From: Acaryochloris thomasi RCC1774
Lineage (GTDB): Bacteria; Cyanobacteriota; Cyanobacteriia; Thermosynechococcales; Thermosynechococcaceae
Reading direction: 5' to 3'
Assembly: GCF_003231495.1 (NCBI RefSeq)
Contig: NZ_PQWO01000024.1
Coordinates: 24,651 to 56,650 of the forward strand
Length of the DNA stretch: 32,000 nt
In this document: positions 8,595 through 16,581 of the stretch, one piece after another
How the letters are laid out: the number at the start of each line of letters is the position of its first letter
Position numbering within the stretch: the first letter of the stretch is position 1
Notes under the pieces: generated by a model
What the model was told of the DNA's origin: nothing
The model's database searches: none
The model's input: the letters and a program-made list of their open reading frames with translations, nothing else
Translations under genes and position numbers: made by a program

Positions 8595-10478
8595 CTATTT
8601 GCTCTCGACGAAATCAGCATCAATCACGTCGTCGCTGCTGGGAGAATCTGATGGAGCAGAAGGGGCATCAGCCGCTGCTTGGCCATAGAGGGAACTTCCA
8701 ACTTGCATCAGCGCCTGCTGTAGATCCTGAGTCAGAGACTGCATGCGGTTGGTGTCTTCAGATGCGATCGCATCTTTCAGCTCCTTAATCAACCCTTCAG
8801 CGCGCGCCTTGTCTGAGGCTGCGATCCTATCATCCAGCTCCTGAAGCTGCTTTTCAGCCTGGTAAACGGCTGCATCAGCATTATTCTTGGCATCAATCCG
8901 CTCACGGCGCTGACGGTCTTCATCGGCGTGAGACTCAGCATCTTTGACCATCCGATCCACTTCGCTGTTATCCAGCGTTGAGGAACCTGAAATTGTGATC
9001 GACTGCTCTTTGCCCGAACCTTTGTCCTTTGCTGAAACAGATAGAATCCCGTTCGCGTCGATGTCAAACGTCACCTCAATTTGAGGAATGCCTCTGGGGG
9101 CAGATGGAATGCCGTCCAGCTTGAAAGTACCCAGGCTTTTGTTAGCAGACGCTAGCTCGCGCTCGCCCTGCAGCACATGAATCTCAACGCTTGTTTGACC
9201 ATCATCAGCCGTGGAGAACACTTCTGATTTCTTAGCAGGAACGGTTGTGTTGCGATCAATCAGTCGTGTCATCACGCCTCCCAGGGTCTCAACGCCGAGA
9301 GAGAGTGGCGTCACGTCCAGCAGGAGCAGATCCTTAACTTCACCTGCTAAGACACCCGCCTGAACGGCAGCGCCAATCGCCACAACTTCGTCGGGGTTGA
9401 CGCCCTGAGATGGCTCTTTGCCGATGGTGCGCTTCACGAGTTCTTGAACCGCTGGGATACGGGTAGAACCGCCCACCAACACCACTTCATTGATATCGCT
9501 ATTGGAGAGCTTGGCATCTCTAAGTGCCTGCTCTACCGGCACGCGGCATCGATCCAGCAGATCAGCACACATCTCCTCAAACTGACGCCGAGTGAGAGTT
9601 GTATCTAAGTGTTTTGGACCCTCCTGAGTTGCTGTGACAAAAGGTAAGTTGATATTGGCCTGCGTTGCGCCGGATAGCTCAATCTTGGCTTTCTCCGCCG
9701 CTTCGGTGAGACGCTGTAGCGCTTGCTTATCCTGTCGTAGATCGACACCTTCATTGGCCTTGAACTCATTAGCGAGCCAATCAACAATCTTTTTGTCAAA
9801 GTCATCACCACCAAGGTGGGTATCACCGTTCGTGGACTTCACTTCAACAACGCCATCACCCACTTCTAAAACAGAGACGTCAAAGGTTCCGCCTCCGAGA
9901 TCGAAGACTAAGATCGTTTCGTTTGTTTTCTTATCTAAGCCATAGGCCAATGATGCCGCGGTGGGTTCGTTAACGATCCGTAGGACTTCGAGACCGGCAA
10001 TCTTTCCGGCGTCTTTAGTGGCCTGACGCTGGGAATCGTTGAAGTAAGCTGGAACCGTAATAACGGCCTGCGTTACCTTTTCGCCCAAATAGGCGCTGGC
10101 ATCGTCGGCCAGCTTTCGCAGAACCTGGGCTGAAATTTCTTCGGGTGCAAATTCCTTGCCAGCAGCGGAGCAGTCTAGCTTGACGTTGCCGCTGCTGTTT
10201 CGCTGCACCTTATATGAAACTTCGGTCATCTCGTTCGAAACTTCATCGTATTTACGACCGAGAAAGCGTTTCACAGAGTAAAACGTATTTTCTGGATTCA
10301 TAACCGCCTGGCGCTTGGCGATTTGACCCACGAGGCGATCGCCATTTTTCGCATAGGCCACCACTGAAGGAGTGGTTCGTTGCCCCTCCGCATTGGCGAT
10401 TACGGTGGGCTGTCCCCCCTCCATTACCGCCACGCAGGAATTGGTTGTTCCAAGGTCAATTCCAACTACTTTTGCCAT
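8595..10478 (-). CDS. dnaK: Molecular chaperone DnaK (Hsp70), DnaK2-like
   Basis: 627-aa ORF with ATG at 10478. Canonical Hsp70 sequence throughout: [57 protein letters not shown]. The N-terminus closely resembles cyanobacterial DnaK2 as I remember it. Confidence 0.97.
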   Translation of the reverse strand: MAKVVGIDLGTTNSCVAVMEGGQPTVIANAEGQRTTPSVVAYAKNGDRLVGQIAKRQAVMNPENTFYSVKRFLGRKYDEVSNEMTEVSYKVQRNSSGNVKLDCSAAGKEFAPEEISAQVLRKLADDASAYLGEKVTQAVITVPAYFNDSQRQATKDAGKIAGLEVLRIVNEPTAASLAYGLDKKTNETILVFDLGGGTFDVSVLEVGDGVVEVKSTNGDTHLGGDDFDKKIVDWLANEFKANEGVDLRQDKQALQRLTEAAEKAKIELSGATQANINLPFVTATQEGPKHLDTTLTRRQFEEMCADLLDRCRVPVEQALRDAKLSNSDINEVVLVGGSTRIPAVQELVKRTIGKEPSQGVNPDEVVAIGAAVQAGVLAGEVKDLLLLDVTPLSLGVETLGGVMTRLIDRNTTVPAKKSEVFSTADDGQTSVEIHVLQGERELASANKSLGTFKLDGIPSAPRGIPQIEVTFDIDANGILSVSAKDKGSGKEQSITISGSSTLDNSEVDRMVKDAESHADEDRQRRERIDAKNNADAAVYQAEKQLQELDDRIAASDKARAEGLIKELKDAIASEDTNRMQSLTQDLQQALMQVGSSLYGQAAADAPSAPSDSPSSDDVIDADFVESK

Positions 10479-10527
10479 TGTCTGATGTCCCCAATTTTGT
10501 GTGTTGCTGCAAAAATTCTGTAAACTC

Positions 10528-10565
10528 CAGATTTGGAGGACTATTTCTTTAGTCCTCCAAATCTG
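10528..10565 (-). terminator. Perfect 15-bp stem-loop between hspA and dnaK (terminator/attenuator or mRNA-stability element)
   Basis: CAGATTTGGAGGACT (10528-10542) pairs perfectly with AGTCCTCCAAATCTG (10551-10565) across an 8-nt loop. It lies 9 nt after the hspA stop and 50 nt before the dnaK ATG. Confidence 0.6.
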
Positions 10566-10573
10566 AGTGAAGC

Positions 10574-11017
10574 TTAGCTGTGGTTGAGGCTTACCTTGAC
10601 CACTCGATTTTTCTCCTCGTCAGCTTTTGGTAACGTTAGTTTCAGAACGCCATTCTTGTAGTCAGCTGCGACATCTTGATGCTTGATTCGACCGGGTAAT
10701 GGCAGAATCCGCTGAAACTTTCCATAACGAAATTCAGAACGGGTCTGCCTTTGGGCTTTCGTCTCAGATTGGCGCTCGCCGCTGATTGAAATGGCTTCTG
10801 CTGTCGCCTCAATATTGATGTCATCAGGCTCTAAGCCAGGAACTTCTAGCTTGAGCTGATAAGCATCATCCGTTTCGTCAAATTCAGCCGCAGGTGTAAA
10901 TGCAAGATCCACACCATCCTGGCGGTTAGTGGGCGTAATCATATCTTCAAAAAGACGGTTCATCTGTCTCTGAATATCTTCCATTTCTCGATAAGGTTGA
11001 AAACGCACGATTGCCAT
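10574..11017 (-). CDS. hspA: Small heat-shock protein, Hsp20/alpha-crystallin family
   Basis: 147-aa ORF with ATG at 11017, preceded by AGGAGG at 8-nt spacing. Alpha-crystallin domain ([20 protein letters not shown]...ISISGER...GVLKLTLPK). Confidence 0.92.
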   Translation of the reverse strand: MAIVRFQPYREMEDIQRQMNRLFEDMITPTNRQDGVDLAFTPAAEFDETDDAYQLKLEVPGLEPDDINIEATAEAISISGERQSETKAQRQTRSEFRYGKFQRILPLPGRIKHQDVAADYKNGVLKLTLPKADEEKNRVVKVSLNHS

Positions 11018-11096
11018 AGTTTTAACCTCCTAGATTAAATTCAACTGAAGGATGTTATCTCTATTTTTAAAGCCATTTTTGACACACCTCAAGTTT

Positions 11097-11130
11097 GGTT
11101 TACCGAAATGCTGGTGAGGTTAACCGAATT
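11097..11130. promoter_or_regulatory. Direct repeat upstream of hspA (candidate regulator-binding site)
   Basis: GGTTTACCGAAAT (11097-11109) and GGTTAACCGAATT (11118-11130) match at 11 of 13 positions with a 21-bp start-to-start spacing. They sit 80-113 bp upstream of the hspA ATG. Confidence 0.3.
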
Positions 11131-11814
11131 TTGCTTTGACCTTGAAAGGCATCTGAGATATTTTTGGTGTATCTAGTTATCTCCCCCTGGAGACAAAGAA
11201 AAGCAAGCTCATGGAATCTTTTCTTGCGGATAGAATGAATGAGCTAATCCAGCCTGATTTCTGAGATGAATTTTCAGGCTGAACAATAGAGGGAATTGCA
11301 GAGGAACTCAAAAAAATCTATCCCTGTTCCAATATTAGGTTCTGAAAATATATTTGATTTAGAATGGATGAACTTCCCCACCTCAATAGGGATATAAGCA
11401 ATTTGCATTGCCAACCTCCTGCGCAATCATAGGCTAGCAATGAATTTGCACAGACGATTGCTGTGAAACAATTATGATTCCAGCTTTTCTCTTAAATGAT
11501 AAAAAAAATGATTTAGCGTGTCTGTTCTCGATTAAATCTGGATATAGGAAATGGATTTTAGGCATAGTTGTTTGAACCTATCATCCCGCGAGAGGCGAAA
11601 GTAATCTCGCATTCAAGAGGTGAAGTGAGTCTAAATATTCTCTAGTTTAGTCATTTGTAAACTCTACTGTATTGAAAATAAGGAGTAGATCGTGTTTCCC
11701 AGATCTGCAAGGAACGATTTTCCGAATATGTGAAATGAGGTGATTGGATAGACCAAGTGCTTGATCGTTGATGCCGCACTCGTGAGCTATTTTATTGTGC
11801 TGAGCTTGGTTATC

Positions 11815-11994
11815 TCAGCCTTTTACTTTTTCTCTAGTCGGCTGCCCCAAGATAATCCGTTGCACAATCCCCAGCATCCAGGCCACGCTGGCGACGAGTA
11901 ATATGATCATGAGCGGTGCTAAGCCTGCAAAAGGTGAGATCGTAAGGCAGAGCAAAAATCCAAGCAGCACAAGTCTGGTAATCGGATTATTCAT
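11815..11994 (-). CDS. Small hydrophobic protein (59 aa), absent from the ORF track because it is under 60 aa
   Basis: My own translation: MNNPITRLVLLGFLLCLTISPFAGLAPLMIILLVASVAWMLGIVQRIILGQPTREKVKG*. Its ATG (11994-11992) overlaps the TAA of the upstream YihY gene as TAATG. AGGAG lies 9 nt upstream. Two hydrophobic stretches suggest a two-TM hairpin. Confidence 0.55.
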   Translation of the reverse strand: MNNPITRLVLLGFLLCLTISPFAGLAPLMIILLVASVAWMLGIVQRIILGQPTREKVKG

Positions 11995-12902
11995 TACGGC
12001 GTACTCCTAGAGGTCGGATCGCTTTCTTCTCCCACCGAAACCGCATACTCGGTAGGAACAATTTTAGAGCCATAACGACTGGCGTAGACCTGAGTGAGTT
12101 CCGCGCCGAAAAACAGAATTTGGGCTGAGTAGTAGATCCAGACTAGCAAAATCAACAAAAAGGAAGCGGCACCATAGGCAGAGCCCACACTGCCATTACC
12201 GATGTAGACGCCCAAAGCAACTTTTCCCACCGAGAATAGGACTGCAGTCACTAAAGCGCCTGTCCAAACATCTTTCCAGGCCACTTTTGCATCGGGCAAA
12301 ACCTTGTAAATCATGGCGAACAATAGCGTCAATACGCCGAGGGTGATGACAATATTGAGAATCTGCCAGAGAACATCAACGCCCGGTAGCAGCTCACTCA
12401 TGTATGTATTGAGAGCCGCTAGTCCCGCACTGACCACCAGGGACACTACTAATAAGAAAGCAATGACCAAAATCATTGAGAAGGACAGAAACCGACTCCG
12501 AATAAAGCCCCAAAATCCGAGTTTCGGTTTCGCCTTGACTTCCCAGGCAGAATTTAGTGCGGCTTGCAGTTGTGTAAATACACCCGAAGCCCCAAACAGC
12601 AGCGCTACGATGCTAATCGCAGAGGCTAGAAAACCGCCCCCCGACTGACTCGCGTTTTCCACTGCCGATTGAATTGCTTTGGCGCCCTGTTCTCCTAACA
12701 GCCCTTGGAACTGGCTGAGGATCTGCCCTTGGGCGGCTTCTTGACCCAGGAAAATACCTGCGATCGCAATGATTAAAAGCAGGAGCGGTGCCAAAGAAAA
12801 CACCGTGTAGTAGGCCAACGCCGCTGCCATCCGAGGGGCTTTGTCCTGATTCCACTCCTTGAAGGCTGCGACCAGTAACCGCCCAACTTGTTTAACTGTC
12901 AT
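11994..12902 (-). CDS. YihY/virulence factor BrkB family membrane protein
   Basis: 302-aa polytopic ORF with ATG at 12902, preceded by AAGGAA. N-terminal AAALAYYTVFSLAPLLLLIIAIAG and overall topology match the YihY/BrkB (formerly 'RNase BN') family. Confidence 0.85.
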   Translation of the reverse strand: MTVKQVGRLLVAAFKEWNQDKAPRMAAALAYYTVFSLAPLLLLIIAIAGIFLGQEAAQGQILSQFQGLLGEQGAKAIQSAVENASQSGGGFLASAISIVALLFGASGVFTQLQAALNSAWEVKAKPKLGFWGFIRSRFLSFSMILVIAFLLVVSLVVSAGLAALNTYMSELLPGVDVLWQILNIVITLGVLTLLFAMIYKVLPDAKVAWKDVWTGALVTAVLFSVGKVALGVYIGNGSVGSAYGAASFLLILLVWIYYSAQILFFGAELTQVYASRYGSKIVPTEYAVSVGEESDPTSRSTP

Positions 12903-12948
12903 ACTCGATGGTTCCTTGACGAAAATGAGGCTTGTGAAAAGGGCTGGG

Positions 12949-13164
12949 CTAAGATTTGCAGGCCGGACTACGCTCCTGATCTAACCAGTCAAAGATCTGG
13001 TCAAGCTGCTGCAGTGAAATGAGGCCGTAGTGCCACAAAATCATAGGCAACTGGATCGATTCCTCCGTCTCAGAATGTCGCAGAGCCAGTCGCAGAGACT
13101 GGGAAGGCAGTCCCAAGTCGCGACGGAGGAATCTCAACAGCTTGCTAAGCTTGACCGACCGCAT
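12949..13164 (-). CDS. DUF2949-like small cyanobacterial protein (71 aa)
   Basis: MRSVKLSKLLRFLRRDLGLPSQSLRLALRH...LPMILWHYGLISLQQLDQIFDWL matches my memory of the DUF2949 consensus (LPMILWQYGL..L.QLD.IFDWL). I start it at the ATG at 13164. The track start at 13245 would overlap the preceding gene by 76 nt. Confidence 0.7.
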   Translation of the reverse strand: MRSVKLSKLLRFLRRDLGLPSQSLRLALRHSETEESIQLPMILWHYGLISLQQLDQIFDWLDQERSPACKS

Positions 13165-13169
13165 TTGCT

Positions 13170-16100
13170 CTACCCCGCTGCAGCTAAGATGCCTGCGCCT
13201 GCCGCCGCACCGCCAGAGATCAGGGCTGTTGCAAACAGCCACCAAGCTGCGACCACGGCAGCTTTCTGTGTGGCTTCAAACTGTCTCTGGGTCTGGTATT
13301 TCATCTCACCCAAACGCTGCTGCACTTGAGTCTCGATCCGCTCTGCTTTTTGCACGACGCTGTCGCGTGCTGACTCGATTTGGTCAATCACACGATTGAC
13401 GTCAGATTCAGCAATTGCGTCGTGAGAGCTAACCACTGCCACTAATGTTTCTCGATCAAATCGGGCAAGACGCTCTCTCAACGCCTCAGTCCCGGCCTGC
13501 GGATCATCGAACAACGTGCGGACATCGCGCTTGACGCCTTCGTAGTTCAGTTCAGGCCGATTTAGACTGTTGAGATAGGCACGAATCTTGGCGAAGACCT
13601 GGTCAATCACCGACTGCAGACGCTGCTGCAGCATTGTAATTCGAGACTGAATCTGATCGCGAACCGCCAGAACTTGGTCGATGACTTGATTGACTTCTTG
13701 CTCTGACAAATCATCCCGCTGCGACAGTAACGCCACTAACGTACTGCGGTCAAAACGAGAGAGGCGATCGCCGATCTTCTCGGCTCCTAATCTCGGATCG
13801 TCGAGCAGCACCTGCAGATCACGTTTGATGCCCTGAGGGTTCAGCTCGGCTTTATCTGTACTACGGAGGTAGTCTTCCATAGACATCTGGAAGTCTTGAG
13901 TCTGAGCCTGGGCTCGTCGCGCTAGCCGCTTCGGCGTTTGCAGAACCTGCTGCATTGTCTCCTGCAGTTCATTAATGGTTTGATTAACCTCTGCTTCACT
14001 GAGGTCACCGCGCTGACTCAATAGCTGAACTAAAGTATCACGGTCCATCCTGCTAAACCGATCGCGGATTGCGGATGCTCCCACTTGAGGGTCATCCATC
14101 AGCTTCTGCAAATCACGCTTGATGCCGTCCGGATTTAACTCCGGCTTTCCTGTCGATCTCAAATAGTTCTCAATCGAGGTTGTGGCTCGGTCGTATTGAG
14201 CCTGAGCTTGGGATGTCAAGGAAGCCGGTGCACTAAGGAGCTGATACCAGTTCGACTCGACCTGATCGATAACGTTATTTATGTCAGACTCGCTAAGATC
14301 ACGTCGCTGATTCAGGAGCTGTACGAGAGTTTCGCGATCGAATTCAGCTAGGCGAGACCGCACCCGTCTTATGCCCGTATCCGGTTCTTCCATCAGCGTT
14401 TTGAGGTCTCGCTTAATTCCTGCAGGGTTGAGCTCAGCCCTGCCAGTGTTGCGAAGATAGTCCTCTAGTTTCTGCTGCTGCTGCTCGAGGCGTACTTTCG
14501 CCGCCTCCTGTAGTCCTTCGGCATCAGCACTGACTTTGCGGATAATTGGCTCTAAACGACTGAGAATCTGCTCTGCTTCACCTGCCGAGATGTCGTCGCG
14601 GTTGTTAAGGGGAAGCAATAATCGTCCACGATCGAGCTGCCCCAAAAGCTGTTGAGGATGGTCAGAGTCTGCTACCGTATCTTCGAGAATAGCTTCGAAG
14701 GCGCGGTCACCCATGTTCGAGAACAGCTCATCTTTGGGCGTGAACTTCAGGTAGGTCTCGACCCGCTGTCCCAGCTCTTGCTGTGCCAGAGCCATTTCCG
14801 TTGCCTTCATCTCCCGCAGTAAATCCTTGCGGACTGCATCTAAGCGCTGCGTCACATTATGCAATTCAGCTTGGGTCATCAGTCCGCGAGAGCTGAGGAT
14901 ATCAGAGAAAAAGGAACGGTTGAGCTGCTCTAACTCTCTGCGAATCAGGCTAGGGTTCGCCTCTGGATCATAAAGAACTTGCCGAAAGTCTAGACGCAGA
15001 CGCTCTGGAGACAATTGCCACACGTAGACGTTACGGAGGTAACTTTCAACATCAGCCCGGATTACGCTGGGAGTTTGCTCCTCACTGGAGAACTGAGCCA
15101 CAAGCTGATCGGCTTGGTCCGTAAGCTGGCTCTGTGCGGACTTGATCTGCTCTGTGATTCTTTCTACATCAAAATCAGATAGATCCGAGCGCCCCATCAC
15201 TACACTTGATAGCTGTGCTAGTCCCATTCCCACCATGCCACCTGAATCCTGGCTGCTGTCAGCCTTTCGCTTTTTGCGCATCTCTTCTAGGAGCTGGTCC
15301 AGTCGATGTCCCACTTCTTCAGAGACAAGCTGTTCGGGCTTGGCTGACTGGAAGTAGTTGACCAGTTCTTTCATCCAGGTATTGCTGGAATTCTTGCCGA
15401 CGGTTTGCTGCCAGCTTGTATACAGTTGATCAACCACCTGATCAACTTCTGCCTGTGATAGATCGGTACGGCTGCTCACCAAATCAACAAAGGCTTGTCG
15501 GTCAATGTGCTGCAGGCTATCGATGTCATCGACAGATTCTAGGTCCGACTCTGATAGCAACGTTTCGAATTCTTGCTTGACGCCCTGTAGGTCTAGCTGA
15601 GGCGATCGCAACGCTTTGATGTAATCCTGTAGCTTGTCTTGAATCTCGTCGGGGTCGACCTGGCCCATTAGCTCCTGACGTACGGCAGCAGCCGTTGCCT
15701 CTGCTGTTGCCACGACCTGATTGCTGACTGCTTTAGCTCCTAGCGCTGCTGTTGCCGTGCCCATAATGGCTTGAAAGCTAGAGGTCGCTGTACTGACCAC
15801 TGAGCCGATCAGTGAACCTACTGTTGTGGAACTGACCCAAACTAGGGTGGTGAAATACAGTGCCCAGATCACGAGTCCGGTCGTTGCTCCTAGCAGTTCA
15901 CTCGTAAACAGACCCATTTTGATGGCCAAAAAACAGGCTGCGAATAATGCCAAGGTCACTGTAATTAGTGTCCACAGGCCAGCCCCCACCGTGATAGTAC
16001 GAACGGGTACGCCGCCGTCATCGGACGAATCCGAAGAGCCAGAAGTGGCGCTTAAAACTGAAACGCCGATCGCCACTGAAAGGTTCGTCAGTAGCATCTG

Positions 16101-16259
16101 AAATCCGAAGGCCAGAATCAAACCCGAAAGTAGCGCGGCAAAAAATTGCGGACCCGAAAACAGAGCAGAGGCCTCTTCTGGCGTATCGATGGGAACCTGC
16201 GCCAACCTTACACTGGCAGTCTGTAAGTAGGTTTGCAGCAGCACTGCACTGTCAATCAT
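13170..16259 (-). CDS. Large repeat-containing membrane protein (1029 aa), family not recognised
   Basis: Long uninterrupted ORF. I prefer the ATG at 16259 (MIDSAVLLQTYL...), preceded by GAGAGGAAAGATC. The N-terminus has 3-4 hydrophobic helices (FFAALLSGLILAFGFQMLL..., GAGLWTLITVTLALFAACFLAI..., LLGATTGLVIWALYFTTLVWV...). Eight ~98-aa repeats follow, then a C-terminal hydrophobic tail (AAVVAAWWLFATALISGGAAAGAGILAAAG). Confidence 0.85.
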   Translation of the reverse strand: MIDSAVLLQTYLQTASVRLAQVPIDTPEEASALFSGPQFFAALLSGLILAFGFQMLLTNLSVAIGVSVLSATSGSSDSSDDGGVPVRTITVGAGLWTLITVTLALFAACFLAIKMGLFTSELLGATTGLVIWALYFTTLVWVSSTTVGSLIGSVVSTATSSFQAIMGTATAALGAKAVSNQVVATAEATAAAVRQELMGQVDPDEIQDKLQDYIKALRSPQLDLQGVKQEFETLLSESDLESVDDIDSLQHIDRQAFVDLVSSRTDLSQAEVDQVVDQLYTSWQQTVGKNSSNTWMKELVNYFQSAKPEQLVSEEVGHRLDQLLEEMRKKRKADSSQDSGGMVGMGLAQLSSVVMGRSDLSDFDVERITEQIKSAQSQLTDQADQLVAQFSSEEQTPSVIRADVESYLRNVYVWQLSPERLRLDFRQVLYDPEANPSLIRRELEQLNRSFFSDILSSRGLMTQAELHNVTQRLDAVRKDLLREMKATEMALAQQELGQRVETYLKFTPKDELFSNMGDRAFEAILEDTVADSDHPQQLLGQLDRGRLLLPLNNRDDISAGEAEQILSRLEPIIRKVSADAEGLQEAAKVRLEQQQQKLEDYLRNTGRAELNPAGIKRDLKTLMEEPDTGIRRVRSRLAEFDRETLVQLLNQRRDLSESDINNVIDQVESNWYQLLSAPASLTSQAQAQYDRATTSIENYLRSTGKPELNPDGIKRDLQKLMDDPQVGASAIRDRFSRMDRDTLVQLLSQRGDLSEAEVNQTINELQETMQQVLQTPKRLARRAQAQTQDFQMSMEDYLRSTDKAELNPQGIKRDLQVLLDDPRLGAEKIGDRLSRFDRSTLVALLSQRDDLSEQEVNQVIDQVLAVRDQIQSRITMLQQRLQSVIDQVFAKIRAYLNSLNRPELNYEGVKRDVRTLFDDPQAGTEALRERLARFDRETLVAVVSSHDAIAESDVNRVIDQIESARDSVVQKAERIETQVQQRLGEMKYQTQRQFEATQKAAVVAAWWLFATALISGGAAAGAGILAAAG
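13290..15629 (-). repeat. Intragenic tandem repeat: eight copies, with a 294-nt period in the five C-terminal copies
   Basis: The first codons of the motif xxYL(R/K/N/Q) fall at 15629, 15362, 15047, 14759, 14465, 14171, 13877 and 13583 on the minus strand. The last four spacings are exactly 294 nt. The similarity is also visible at DNA level, for example around 13811, 14110 and 14405. Confidence 0.85.
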
Positions 16260-16581
16260 GATCTTTCCTCTCTTGGGATATAAATCTTTTGTTGCGAAAT
16301 TCCTTTTCGTTGACCCGTGGTAGATCCTCACTCCTAGAAGATTTCCAGCTCCAACGCTCTGTTTCCCTGTTTAACGGGCTACTCCAGAGTTAGCGCCACT
16401 CATCAAACGGTTGGGTCACTCCATGAACGGGAATTTCAAAGTGAGTCACACAACCACACTCACCCTTAATCAAATCTTTCTGGCCCTTAAACAGCATCTT
16501 CCTAGAGATCGAAAGTCAGACGCGATAGGCTTGTCTCTTCTCTATCGTGGGATAGAGGTATATCAGAATTCGTAGTCTCAG

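Noticed and set aside
8789-9945. ORFs 8789..9067, 9605..9826 and 9634..9945 inside dnaK, plus 10642..10824 inside hspA
   Set aside because: These are alternative-frame or antisense ORFs within highly conserved chaperone genes.
12313-16101. ORFs 12313..12648, 12613..12855, 13030..13329, 13142..13399, 15142..15357 and 15826..16101
   Set aside because: They are shadow ORFs of the YihY, DUF2949 and repeat-protein genes, with biased Arg/Ser/Pro composition and no start context.
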